From contig OY760937.1 of assembly GCA_963664225.1 (NCBI GenBank), positions 192,001 through 256,000 of the forward strand: a DNA stretch of 64,000 nucleotides, given 5' to 3'. Source of the DNA: Verrucomicrobiia bacterium (GTDB lineage: Bacteria; Verrucomicrobiota; Verrucomicrobiia; Limisphaerales; UBA1319). Position numbers and translations under genes: made by a program. The notes beneath the pieces are model-generated. The model searched no databases and was not told where the DNA came from. It was given only the letters and a program-made list of their open reading frames with translations. Numbering within the stretch: the stretch's first letter is position 1; each line of letters starts with the position of its first letter. Below, piece by piece: positions 38,203 to 47,538 of the stretch.

Positions 38203-38603
38203 ACACGGATCCCAAGGCGGGCGGAACTGAGCCGGCGCAGCACCTGCGCATCGACAAATGGTTATGGGCGGTCCGGGTCTATAAGACGCGGACATTAGCT
38301 GCGGAGGCCTGTCGAGGGGGGCATGTCAAAATTGGAGGAGACGCCGTCAAGGCTTCACGGGAAATCCATATTGGCGAAACCATCGAAGCCCGCGCCGGAG
38401 TGGTGAATCGCACGGTCAAAGTGCTGGGATTGCTTGAGAAACGGATGGGCGCGGCAGCGGTCAAGGCGTTCATGGAGGATTTGACGCCACCGGAAGAATA
38501 CCAAAAGGCGCGGGAGGCGGCGATGCAGCCGGTGTTTATCCGCCCGCGGGGAGCAGGCCGACCGACCAAGAAGGATCGAAGGGATATCGAGAAATTACTT
38601 TAA
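38199..38603 (+). CDS. hslR: Ribosome-associated heat shock protein Hsp15 (S4 domain); start uncertain
   Basis: RIDKWLWAVRVYKTRTLA...GRPTKKDRR. Confidence 0.9.
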   Translation: MNTDPKAGGTEPAQHLRIDKWLWAVRVYKTRTLAAEACRGGHVKIGGDAVKASREIHIGETIEARAGVVNRTVKVLGLLEKRMGAAAVKAFMEDLTPPEEYQKAREAAMQPVFIRPRGAGRPTKKDRRDIEKLL

Positions 38604-38614
38604 CAGCCAAACAC

Positions 38615-40573
38615 ATGGTTAATACCGAGCTTCCCAACGCGCCCAAGGGGCAAACCGTTCCAGATATCGCCCACGGCCCTGGTCTAAATTCAGACGATGA
38701 CCGGTTGCTTATCGAGCCGTTCAAGGGCACGCCTGAGGAAATTGAGCGCCAATGGTTTGAGCAAGTGTATCTGGCGCGCGGACGCGGAATGCGTCAGTTG
38801 ACGTTTCGGGCTGTGATGATGGGGTCGCTGCTGGGCGGGATTCTCTCGTTGACGAATTTGTATATTGGATTGAAGACGGGGTGGAACTTCGGCGTGGCCA
38901 TCACGGCGTGCATCATGTCTTACGCCATCTGGACGGTGCTTTTAAAAATCCGTCTTGCGAGAACCCCCATGACGATTCTGGAGAATAACTGCATGCAGTC
39001 CACTGCCAGTTGTGCCGGTTATTCGACTGGTGGCACCCTGACCTGCGCCTTTGCCGCATACATCATGCTCACGGGGAATTCCCTGCCGGTGCCGATTTTG
39101 CTGGGTTGGGTGTTTTTTCTGGCCGTGCTGGGCGTCACCATGGCGATTCCGATGAAGCGGCAAATGATCAATGTGGAGCAATTGCGTTTTCCCAGCGGGC
39201 TGGCCGCCGCGGAGACCTTGCGAGCTTTGCATGCGCATGGGGAGGGTGGAATGCGCGCGGCCAGAGCCTTGGGATGGTCCGGGCTAATCGCCGCGGCGAA
39301 CAACTTCTGGATGGATGGATTCAAATTGATCAGCACAAAACTGGAACCTTATTCCCTGAGTGCGTTGATCACGAAGGGCAATGAGGCGCTGATTGGCAAA
39401 ACATGGATGGGAAGGACAGTTCTCTTTTCATGGGACCCGGTTTTCATTGCCGCTGGCGCCATCTCGGGGATTCGGGTTGGCGTGAGCATGCTTGTGGGAG
39501 GCACGTTGTGCTGGATGGTTTTTGTGCCCTTGCTCGAAAGAAACGGGATCACCACGGCCACGGGATTTCGAGATCTCGTTCAGTGGACGCTATGGGGCGG
39601 CACGGCCTGCATGGTCACATCGGGCTTGATGTCATTCGTGCTGCAATGGCGGAGCGCGGTGCGGGCGTTTGCGAATCTGGGTGGAATGTTAAAGCGGCGG
39701 AAACCCAGCAAGTTGAATTCGATGGAAGAGATCGAGGTGCCGGGGTCCTGGTTTATATTCGGCCAACTTTTTGCGTTGATTGGGATCGCCATTCTGGCCC
39801 ATCACACCTTTCAAATGCCCTACTGGCAGACCGCGCTGGCGGTGGTGCTGTCGTTTGGCCTAGCCCTTGTGGCCTGCCGGGTGACCGGCGAGACCGACTT
39901 CACGCCCATGGGAGCGATGGGGAAAGTTGCACAGTTGATTTTTGGAGGAGTGAATCCGGGCAATGCCGCGATCAATTTAATGGCGGGCAACATCGCAGCG
40001 GGAGCAGCTACTTCATCTGCGGACCTGTTGACCGATTTAAAGAGCGGATATCTGCTCGGAGCGCATCCGCGGAAGCAATTCCTGGCCCAATTCGCCGGAA
40101 TATTCATCGGAACGATCGTCACTGTGCTTTGTTTCAGAATTCTGGTTCCAGACGCAACGAGGCTGGGTACAGACCAGTTTCCAGCGCCCTCGGCCCAGAC
40201 ATGGAAGGCCGTGGCCGAAGTATTGAGCAACGGCATCGCCACATTAGGGCCGATCAAGGCCTGGTCTTTGGCCATTGGAGCGCTTTTGGGTGTGCTGTTT
40301 CCACTGTTGGCGGTGTGTTTTCCCCGTCATGAAAGATACGTTCCATCTGCTGCTGCCTTTGGGTTGGCCTGGACATTTCCCTGGTATTACAGCCTGCTGT
40401 TTTTCCTCGGAGGCTTGATGGTGTGGGCATTTGAAAAAGGACGGCCCAAGCTCGCCCGGGATTTTACCTTCCCTGTGGCTTCGGGCGTGATCGCCGGTGG
40501 CTCGCTGATGGGCGTATTTCTGATTTTCTGGGAAAACGGCTGGGAGATGATCAAAAAAATGCTCGGCATGTGA
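38615..40573 (+). CDS. OPT-family oligopeptide transporter
   Basis: QLTFRA, YIGLKTG, ENNCMQS, LRFPSG, DLKSGYLLGA, FPAPSA. Confidence 0.9.
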   Translation: MVNTELPNAPKGQTVPDIAHGPGLNSDDDRLLIEPFKGTPEEIERQWFEQVYLARGRGMRQLTFRAVMMGSLLGGILSLTNLYIGLKTGWNFGVAITACIMSYAIWTVLLKIRLARTPMTILENNCMQSTASCAGYSTGGTLTCAFAAYIMLTGNSLPVPILLGWVFFLAVLGVTMAIPMKRQMINVEQLRFPSGLAAAETLRALHAHGEGGMRAARALGWSGLIAAANNFWMDGFKLISTKLEPYSLSALITKGNEALIGKTWMGRTVLFSWDPVFIAAGAISGIRVGVSMLVGGTLCWMVFVPLLERNGITTATGFRDLVQWTLWGGTACMVTSGLMSFVLQWRSAVRAFANLGGMLKRRKPSKLNSMEEIEVPGSWFIFGQLFALIGIAILAHHTFQMPYWQTALAVVLSFGLALVACRVTGETDFTPMGAMGKVAQLIFGGVNPGNAAINLMAGNIAAGAATSSADLLTDLKSGYLLGAHPRKQFLAQFAGIFIGTIVTVLCFRILVPDATRLGTDQFPAPSAQTWKAVAEVLSNGIATLGPIKAWSLAIGALLGVLFPLLAVCFPRHERYVPSAAAFGLAWTFPWYYSLLFFLGGLMVWAFEKGRPKLARDFTFPVASGVIAGGSLMGVFLIFWENGWEMIKKMLGM

Positions 40574-40593
40574 CGTCCGGGCGGATTGGCACG

Positions 40594-41448
40594 TCAGGAC
40601 GCGGTGCGCAAATCGTGGATGAGGAAACTCATATCCGGGTAACGTTTCTCCGGATCTCGTTCCAGACAACGCACGATGACTTTTTCGACTCCAACAGATA
40701 GGTCGGGGTTGCGTTCGCGTGGAGGCATGTATTCATGGCTCCAATCGGTTTGTTTGCGAACGATATCTTCGGTGGTATCGCCAATGAATGGGCGTGAGCG
40801 GGTGACTAATTCGTAGGCCACGACCCCCCAGGCAAAGATGTCGGCCCGGTGATCCACAGCCTGATGGAGCAGGCGTTCCGGTGACATGTAGGCCGGAGTT
40901 CCGGCATATTTCCAAAGTTTTTCGGGCTGTTTGGGGCGGGGCAGGGCCAGATCGAAATCGACGAGCCGCAACTGGCCATTGCGCGTCAAAATGACATTCT
41001 CCGGCTTGAAATCCAGATGCATGAAACCGCTGTCGTGAACGTGGACCAAGGCCTGGGCCATGTCGTCCAGAATGGTCCAGACGTTGTCCACCAGGATGGG
41101 GTCGTTGCGGTTGAACATTTCGCGCATGTTCGCCCCTTCGACGTACTCCATCTGGAGGTAGAGGTAACCATTGATCTTGCCGTGGTTATAATAGCCGATG
41201 ACCTGATTATGGTTGTGGATTTTGGAGAGGATTTCGCAACCGCGCACGAACCGGCGCTTGGCAGTAAAATCGTAACGCAAATGCCTGTGCATCAATCGGA
41301 GCGCGCATGGCTCTTCCTTTTGGTTGCTGGCCAGCCACAGATCGGCCATTCCGCCGCTGTTAATCAACTCGTGCAACCTGAAAGGCCCAAACGGTCCGGC
41401 TTCAGGCCGGCTATGATCGTCTGACTTTATTCCGTCGAATAATCCCAT
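40594..41448 (-). CDS. Hanks-type Ser/Thr protein kinase, cytoplasmic
   Basis: SGGMA, MEYVEG, HLDFKPEN, DFD, GTPAYMSPE, DIFAWG. Confidence 0.88.
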   Translation of the reverse strand: MGLFDGIKSDDHSRPEAGPFGPFRLHELINSGGMADLWLASNQKEEPCALRLMHRHLRYDFTAKRRFVRGCEILSKIHNHNQVIGYYNHGKINGYLYLQMEYVEGANMREMFNRNDPILVDNVWTILDDMAQALVHVHDSGFMHLDFKPENVILTRNGQLRLVDFDLALPRPKQPEKLWKYAGTPAYMSPERLLHQAVDHRADIFAWGVVAYELVTRSRPFIGDTTEDIVRKQTDWSHEYMPPRERNPDLSVGVEKVIVRCLERDPEKRYPDMSFLIHDLRTAS

Positions 41449-41603
41449 AATCCGCAGATTCGGTGGCTTGATTTAGCATGAAGGCCCGCCAAGTGCCACA
41501 GTAAATTGATTTTACCATCAGGGATGAAAACACCCGAGTTGTCTTTTTGCCTTGCAACGAAAGTATCCTGACTAAAAGCTGGTAGAAAATCGTCCAAATA
41601 AGA

Positions 41604-44138
41604 ATGTTCGATGCATCTGGGTCCCAATCTCGCGCCAGTGTCAGTGGCAAAGGATTTCGCGCGAATGGGAAAAAGCTATTTTTAAAGGGTCTCACGTATG
41701 GTCCGTTTGCTCCAAACGGCGGGTGGGATTGCTTTGCCTCACCTGAACAGACGAAACTCGATTTTACCCAGATTCAGGAGGCGGGGGTCAATCTGCTCCG
41801 GATTTATCATGTGCCTCCCGCCTGGTTTCTTTCGCTGGCAGCGGAACACAAGCTGTGGCTCTTAATTGATATTCCATGGAACCAGCAAACCTGCTTTTTG
41901 GACGATTTTCAGGCGAAACAGGAGGCATGCAATGCCGTACGGGAGGCTGTGCAAGCCTGTGTCGGGCAGTCGGCTGTTTTCGGTTTTAGCGTGGTAAATG
42001 AGATTCCGGCGGACATTGTGCGCTGGAGCGGCGCAGCCGCTGTGAGCGATTTTATCGATGAATTGGTGAAGGTGGCCAAGGCTGAGGATCCTGGGTGCCT
42101 GTGTACCTTCGCGAATTTTCCCACCACGGAGTATTTGAGGCCCAGGACGATTGATTTCTGGTGTTTCAATGTATATTTGCGGCAGCCCAAGCCCTTTGAG
42201 AACTATCTGGACCGGCTGCAAATGATCGCGGATGGCAAGCCCCTGGTCCTGGGTGAATTTGGAGTCGACTCGGTAAGGGAAGGGGAGGACAGCCAGGCGC
42301 AAATTGTGGGATTGCAGATCGAAAAGGCGTTTCGCGCGGGTTTGGCAGGGGCCATCCTATATAGCTATACGGACGAATGGTATAAAGACGGCCGGGAGAT
42401 CCTGGACTGGGGATTCGGCTTAACCGACCGCCTGCGTCAGCCCAAACCGGCTTGGAATGTGATGCGGGAACAATACTGGCAGGCTCCTTATTTCCCCCTG
42501 GCTCGCGTGCCATCAGTGAGCGTGGTGGTTTCCTGCTACAACGGTGCAAGCACGCTGCCCAACTGCCTGGAATCCTTGCAGCGGCTTCGGTATTCTGATT
42601 TCGAGATTATTCTGGTGGATGACGGTTCCATGGATGGTTCGGCGGCCATTGCCGCCCAATTCAAATCGGTGCGTTTGGTGCAACACCAGACCAATCTGGG
42701 CTTGTCTGTTGCCAGAAACACGGGAATCGAGGCGGCGCGTGGGGAGATTGTGGCTTTTACCGATGCGGACTGCCGCGTGGATGAAGATTGGCTCTATTAC
42801 GTGGTGGGCGCTTTATTGGGCGGCCAGTTTGTGGGAATGGGCGGCCATAATTTGCTGCCACCCGATGATTCCTGGGTGGCCGCAGCGGTCATGGTATCGC
42901 CAGGCGGTCCGGCGCATGTGATGGAAACCGACGTTGTGGCCGAGCACATTCCGGGCTGCAACATGGTATTTTACAAGTGGGCTCTGGAGGAAATTGGAGG
43001 ATTCGATCCGGTGTTTCGCCAGGCGGGGGATGACGTGGACCTTTGCTGGAGGCTGCAGGAGCGGGGTTATAAAATCGGATTCAGCGCATCCGGGTTTGTC
43101 TGGCACTATCGCAGATCGACGGTGAAAGCCTATTTGCGCCAGCAATATGGCTATGGTGAGGCGGAGGCGTTGCTGGTGCGCAAGCATCCGGAGCGGTTTA
43201 GTTGGTTTGGCGGCAGCGTCTGGCATGGGCGGATTTATTCGCAGGCCAATTTCGGCCTCTTATTTCACGCGCCGCGCATTTATCACGGCCCGTTTGGCAG
43301 CGGTTTTTTCCAATCGCTCTATGCGGCGCAACCGGAATTGACGGCCATGTTTTTTACCAGCCTCGAATACATCACGCTGGTGGTGTTGCCGCTTTGTGTT
43401 CTGGCTACGGCCTTTCATTTTCTCCTGGCGCCGGCCTTGATCGCATTAGTAATTCCGGCGTGTGTTTACACTGCGGCGGCCACGCAAGCGGGGTTGTCCC
43501 GTGAAAAACGCCGTTTTTGGTCCCGCCCTCTGGTGGCGATGCTTTTTGGATTGCAACCTTTGGTTCGTGGCTGGGCCCGTTACCACGGTCGCCTGAGTTT
43601 TCATGGGAAACCGTTGTCCGCTCACGAAACGCTCGATTCGATGAACTTGCGGGGACAGGGCTATGAGTTTGGCGAGGTGGCCTTTTGGACGGACATCCAT
43701 GCACCGCGTGAAAAATTCCTTCATGCCTTGCTGGAGCAATTGGAGCGGTCGGCATGGGAATATCGGCCCGACGCGGGATGGAATCGTTACGATGTTAAAA
43801 TAAGAGGCAGCCGATGGAGCCGACTTCACCTGATGACCGTGTCCGAGGCGCATGGCGACGGCAAATATCTCATTCGATGCCGGTTGAACGCGGCATGGAC
43901 TTTTTTATCACGCATCCTGCTCTACCTCCTATTCGGAGGCCTGGTGTTGCTTATGGGGTTGTGGGGTCCAAAACCACTTTGGCATTGGCTGGTGTTCCTA
44001 AGCGTGGCGGGTCCGGTTGGATGGCTCTGGCAACAAAACCGGAATCTGCAGAGGGTTTTTTCGGTGTTTTTAGATGAAGTGGCCAAATCGCTAAACATGG
44101 TTCGCGCGAAACCGACGGAGTTGGAGTCGAAAAAGTAG
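41604..44138 (+). CDS. Glycosyltransferase family 2 with N-terminal GH2-like TIM barrel and C-terminal TM segments
   Basis: LKGLTYGPF, NLLRIY, VNE, GEFG; then VDDGS, FTDAD, GCNM, DDVD.CWR, RQQYGY. Confidence 0.85.
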   Translation: MFDASGSQSRASVSGKGFRANGKKLFLKGLTYGPFAPNGGWDCFASPEQTKLDFTQIQEAGVNLLRIYHVPPAWFLSLAAEHKLWLLIDIPWNQQTCFLDDFQAKQEACNAVREAVQACVGQSAVFGFSVVNEIPADIVRWSGAAAVSDFIDELVKVAKAEDPGCLCTFANFPTTEYLRPRTIDFWCFNVYLRQPKPFENYLDRLQMIADGKPLVLGEFGVDSVREGEDSQAQIVGLQIEKAFRAGLAGAILYSYTDEWYKDGREILDWGFGLTDRLRQPKPAWNVMREQYWQAPYFPLARVPSVSVVVSCYNGASTLPNCLESLQRLRYSDFEIILVDDGSMDGSAAIAAQFKSVRLVQHQTNLGLSVARNTGIEAARGEIVAFTDADCRVDEDWLYYVVGALLGGQFVGMGGHNLLPPDDSWVAAAVMVSPGGPAHVMETDVVAEHIPGCNMVFYKWALEEIGGFDPVFRQAGDDVDLCWRLQERGYKIGFSASGFVWHYRRSTVKAYLRQQYGYGEAEALLVRKHPERFSWFGGSVWHGRIYSQANFGLLFHAPRIYHGPFGSGFFQSLYAAQPELTAMFFTSLEYITLVVLPLCVLATAFHFLLAPALIALVIPACVYTAAATQAGLSREKRRFWSRPLVAMLFGLQPLVRGWARYHGRLSFHGKPLSAHETLDSMNLRGQGYEFGEVAFWTDIHAPREKFLHALLEQLERSAWEYRPDAGWNRYDVKIRGSRWSRLHLMTVSEAHGDGKYLIRCRLNAAWTFLSRILLYLLFGGLVLLMGLWGPKPLWHWLVFLSVAGPVGWLWQQNRNLQRVFSVFLDEVAKSLNMVRAKPTELESKK

Positions 44139-44203
44139 GCGGTTGCTCACGGTGCGCAGGCCCACCGTTTGCGGAATGCTTGACGCCTGACCAATGGCCG
44201 GTT

Positions 44204-44932
44204 CTATTCAGCCGGGGTCAATTCCATCTCCGGCGAGCAATAGAGAATGCGGCCGCAGTTGGGGCAAAGGACTGGCTCATCCTCGGATTGGCAACTGATG
44301 ATGACCTGAGGGGGCAATTGCATGTGGCATCCGCCGCAAACGCTGTGGGCCACGCCGACAATGGCCCTGTCTCCCTTTTGTTTGAGAAGACGCTCGTAGC
44401 GCAGACGCGCGTTATCATCGACGGCTTTTGCCAATTCCGCCCTATCGCTCTGCAGTTGGGCCAATTCCTTGTTAAAATTCTCTTCGCGCTGTGCGAGATT
44501 CTTGATCTTGGATTCCACATCAGCTTGCGCGCCTTTGGCAACGATGGCTGCAGCCGCCAATTCTTTTTGAACGGCGTCCGCTTTTTCCATCCACTCCAAC
44601 TGTGAATCCTCTTGGGCGGCAATATTCTTGCGGCAGGTTTCGATTTGCTGGCCGAAGGCGCGGTATTCGTCGTTCTTCTTGGTCTGATATTGCTGAAGCG
44701 AATACTTTTCGATCAATTGATTTTGGGATTTGACCTCAAGTTCGGCTTTGTTCCGTTCCGCCTCAATGTGCTTGAGCTTGGTTTTGGCGGTCTCAAGACC
44801 TGATTGCGCCGAGGAGAGCATGCTGTTGAGCATGGCACGTTGCGGCTCCAGGTTGGCCAATTCACTTTGGATTTGTAGAATTTGGCGGTCCCTTTCCTGA
44901 AGGACCAACAGTTTTGTCAAAACGTTTAACAT
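44204..44932 (-). CDS. Coiled-coil C4 zinc-ribbon protein (DUF164/CT398-like)
   Basis: Long coiled coil followed by CGGCHM...CPNCGRIL. Confidence 0.88.
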   Translation of the reverse strand: MLNVLTKLLVLQERDRQILQIQSELANLEPQRAMLNSMLSSAQSGLETAKTKLKHIEAERNKAELEVKSQNQLIEKYSLQQYQTKKNDEYRAFGQQIETCRKNIAAQEDSQLEWMEKADAVQKELAAAAIVAKGAQADVESKIKNLAQREENFNKELAQLQSDRAELAKAVDDNARLRYERLLKQKGDRAIVGVAHSVCGGCHMQLPPQVIISCQSEDEPVLCPNCGRILYCSPEMELTPAE

Positions 44933-45244
44933 GAAATACAATCTCAAGATAGAGAGCCACGATGGACAAGTCAATATTGGTTGAGAAGCCGATTTTAGCC
45001 TGATTTAAGGCGGGCCTGACCTCTGTTTTTCGCATTGATCCTGGCGGCGGAACGGCGGGTTCAAGACGCGCAAGCCTTGAGCTGGCAAAGTGTTGGGTGG
45101 GGCAATGTTGGAGGTGCCCTTTGGGTCCGCAATTACTTTTATCCTTAACCCCTTCCTTTATTGAACGAATCCGCAGGAAGGAGGTTCTAATACAATGTAC
45201 CGAGGATTTATCGGCAAACAGCCTCCCTGCTGATTCCCGGTTAG

Positions 45245-45273
45245 GCGCCAGCCAACGGGGCTGGCGCTTTTTT
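45245..45273 (+). terminator. Rho-independent terminator upstream of pta
   Basis: GCGCCAGCC/GGCTGGCGC 9-bp stem followed by T6. Confidence 0.8.
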
Positions 45274-45324
45274 ACGTCGAACTCCTTCTTGTAGTTTGCC
45301 TCACGCTCGGTTACTAAAACGGGT

Positions 45325-46377
45325 ATGCGCTTTATCGGCGGAGTCTATGAGAAATTGCAGCGGCATCCCAAAAGGATAGTTTTTCCTGAGGGCGCGGAAC
45401 CACGCATCATCCAGGCGGCGCGGCAATTCTATTCTTTGCGCCTTGGAGTGCCGATATTATTGGGGGATCGCGCCCGGGTGAAGATGGCTGCGGAGAGCTT
45501 GAATGTGTCGTTGGAGGGCGTTCGGATCATCAATCCCGCAGAGAGTGAGGATTTGGAGACTTTCGGAAAGCGGTATGAGCTGTTGCGCCGGTATCGTGGT
45601 CTAGATGAGAAAGAGGCGCGGGAAACCATGATGAAGCCCAATTATTACGGGGCCATGATGGTGGCCATGCATCAGGCCGATGGTTTGGTCTCAGGCACCA
45701 ACGAGGTGATTGGAAGTGTTTTGCGGCCCTTGTTCCAAATCATCAAAGTCGCGCCGCAAACCAAAACCGCTGCCAGTTGCATGGTGATGGAATTTGCGGA
45801 CACCCGGTTTGGGGAAAATGGGGTGATGTTCATGGCAGATTGCGGTGTGATTCCTGAACCGACTGTTGAAGAACTGGCGGATATCGCGGTGGATACCGCG
45901 CGGCTGGCGCGCCAGATATTAGGGGTAAGGCCCAGGGTGGCCCTTCTTTCCTACAGCACCAAGGGTAGCGCCACGCATCCGACCATCGGCAAGGTGCAGG
46001 CGGCCACGGCGTTGGCGGAGCAACGGGCCCACGAAAAGATGCTGGAGGCTGATTTCGAGGGCGAATTGCAGGTGGACGCCGCCCTTGTGCCGGAGATTGC
46101 GGAACGCAAGGTGCCGGACAACAAGGTGGCAGGTCGGGCCAATGTGCTCATTTTCCCTGATTTGAATTCGGGCAATATCGCAAGCCGCCTTGTTCAATAC
46201 GTGTCTCGGGCCAATGCGTATGGTCAAATTCTGCTCGGATTGGACCGTCCGGCAGCCGACGTTTCCCGTGGGGCCTCGGCTCATGATATTCTGGGTGTGG
46301 CAGCGATCGTTGGAATCCAATCCATTGATTATCATAAGCTCTATCCAGGAGCCGGCGAACGATTGCCTGGAGAATAA
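45325..46377 (+). CDS. pta: Phosphate acetyltransferase
   Basis: RIVFPEG, ADGLVSG, ADCGV, VALLSYST, GELQVDAA, FPDLNSGNI, DVSRG. Confidence 0.9.
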   Translation: MRFIGGVYEKLQRHPKRIVFPEGAEPRIIQAARQFYSLRLGVPILLGDRARVKMAAESLNVSLEGVRIINPAESEDLETFGKRYELLRRYRGLDEKEARETMMKPNYYGAMMVAMHQADGLVSGTNEVIGSVLRPLFQIIKVAPQTKTAASCMVMEFADTRFGENGVMFMADCGVIPEPTVEELADIAVDTARLARQILGVRPRVALLSYSTKGSATHPTIGKVQAATALAEQRAHEKMLEADFEGELQVDAALVPEIAERKVPDNKVAGRANVLIFPDLNSGNIASRLVQYVSRANAYGQILLGLDRPAADVSRGASAHDILGVAAIVGIQSIDYHKLYPGAGERLPGE

Positions 46378-46412
46378 TTTATTTTTGAGGAAATAATTCA
46401 AAAGGAAACATC

Positions 46413-47516
46413 ATGTCATTGGCAATTGCGCTTAATCCCGCCCTGGAGAAACTGCCGGTTTACTTGCCGGGCCGCCCGATTACGGAGGTGGCGCGGGAGT
46501 TGGGGCTCGATCCCGCTAACGTTATCAAGCTGGCTTCCAACGAGAATTCCATGGGGCCATCCCCTCTGGCGATCAAGGCTATGCAGGAGGTGCTTACGTC
46601 CCTGCACCAGTATCCGGATGGTAACGCTTTTTATCTCAAGGAACGTCTTTCCAAGAAAATGGGGGTTCCATCCAACCAGCTTACTGTGGGCAATGGGTCT
46701 AATGAATTGCTCGAGCTGGTCGGACACGCCATATTGGGACCAGAGGACGAAGTGGTGGTGTCTCAATACAGTTTTGCGGTTTATCCGATTGTGACCCAGT
46801 TGTTTGGAGCGCACCTTGTCACAGTGCCGGCGCGCGATTACGGTCATGATCTTCCGGCCATGATCAAGGCGGTCACTTCCCGGACCAAAATCATGTTCGT
46901 GGCCAATCCGAATAACCCCACAGGTACCCTGGCATCCCGGGCCGAGGTGCTTCAGTTGATTCATGAAGTTCCGTCTCATGTGCTCGTGGTCATGGATGAG
47001 GCCTATATCGATTATCTGGACGATGCGCCTGATTTTCTTCCCTACGTGCGCAGCGGGCGGCATCCGAATCTGTTGTTGTGCCGCACCTTTTCGAAGATTT
47101 ATGGCCTGGCAGGTTTGCGCCTGGGTTATGCCATGGGACATCCCGAGATGATTGCGGCGCTTGAAAAAGTCCGGCAGCCTTTTAACACCAACATGGTCGC
47201 CCAGATAGGGGCCCTGGCGGCATTGGATGATGTGGCTCACCTTGAAAAAACGCGCAAAAACAACAAAGCGGGCCTGGCTCTTTACGAAAAGGCCTTTAAA
47301 CGACACAAGCTGGCGTATGTTCCATCCTTCGCAAACTTCATCCTGGTCAAAGTGGGGGATGGCCAGAAGGTGAGTGGTGAACTTCAGAAGTTGGGGGTTA
47401 TCACCCGCCCGGTGAATAATTATCAATTGCCGGAGTGGCTGCGGATCACGGTGGGCACCGCTGCTGAAAACGAGAGATGTCTGGCGGCGTTGGAAAAAGT
47501 CTTGAGCCGCTCGTAG
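46413..47516 (+). CDS. hisC: Histidinol-phosphate/aromatic aminotransferase, second HisC paralogue
   Basis: KLASNEN, GNGSNE, NPNNPTG, DEAY, RTFSKIYGLAGLRLGY. Confidence 0.88.
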   Translation: MSLAIALNPALEKLPVYLPGRPITEVARELGLDPANVIKLASNENSMGPSPLAIKAMQEVLTSLHQYPDGNAFYLKERLSKKMGVPSNQLTVGNGSNELLELVGHAILGPEDEVVVSQYSFAVYPIVTQLFGAHLVTVPARDYGHDLPAMIKAVTSRTKIMFVANPNNPTGTLASRAEVLQLIHEVPSHVLVVMDEAYIDYLDDAPDFLPYVRSGRHPNLLLCRTFSKIYGLAGLRLGYAMGHPEMIAALEKVRQPFNTNMVAQIGALAALDDVAHLEKTRKNNKAGLALYEKAFKRHKLAYVPSFANFILVKVGDGQKVSGELQKLGVITRPVNNYQLPEWLRITVGTAAENERCLAALEKVLSRS

Positions 47517-47538
47517 GAATTGGCAAGTTTGCATTGAA

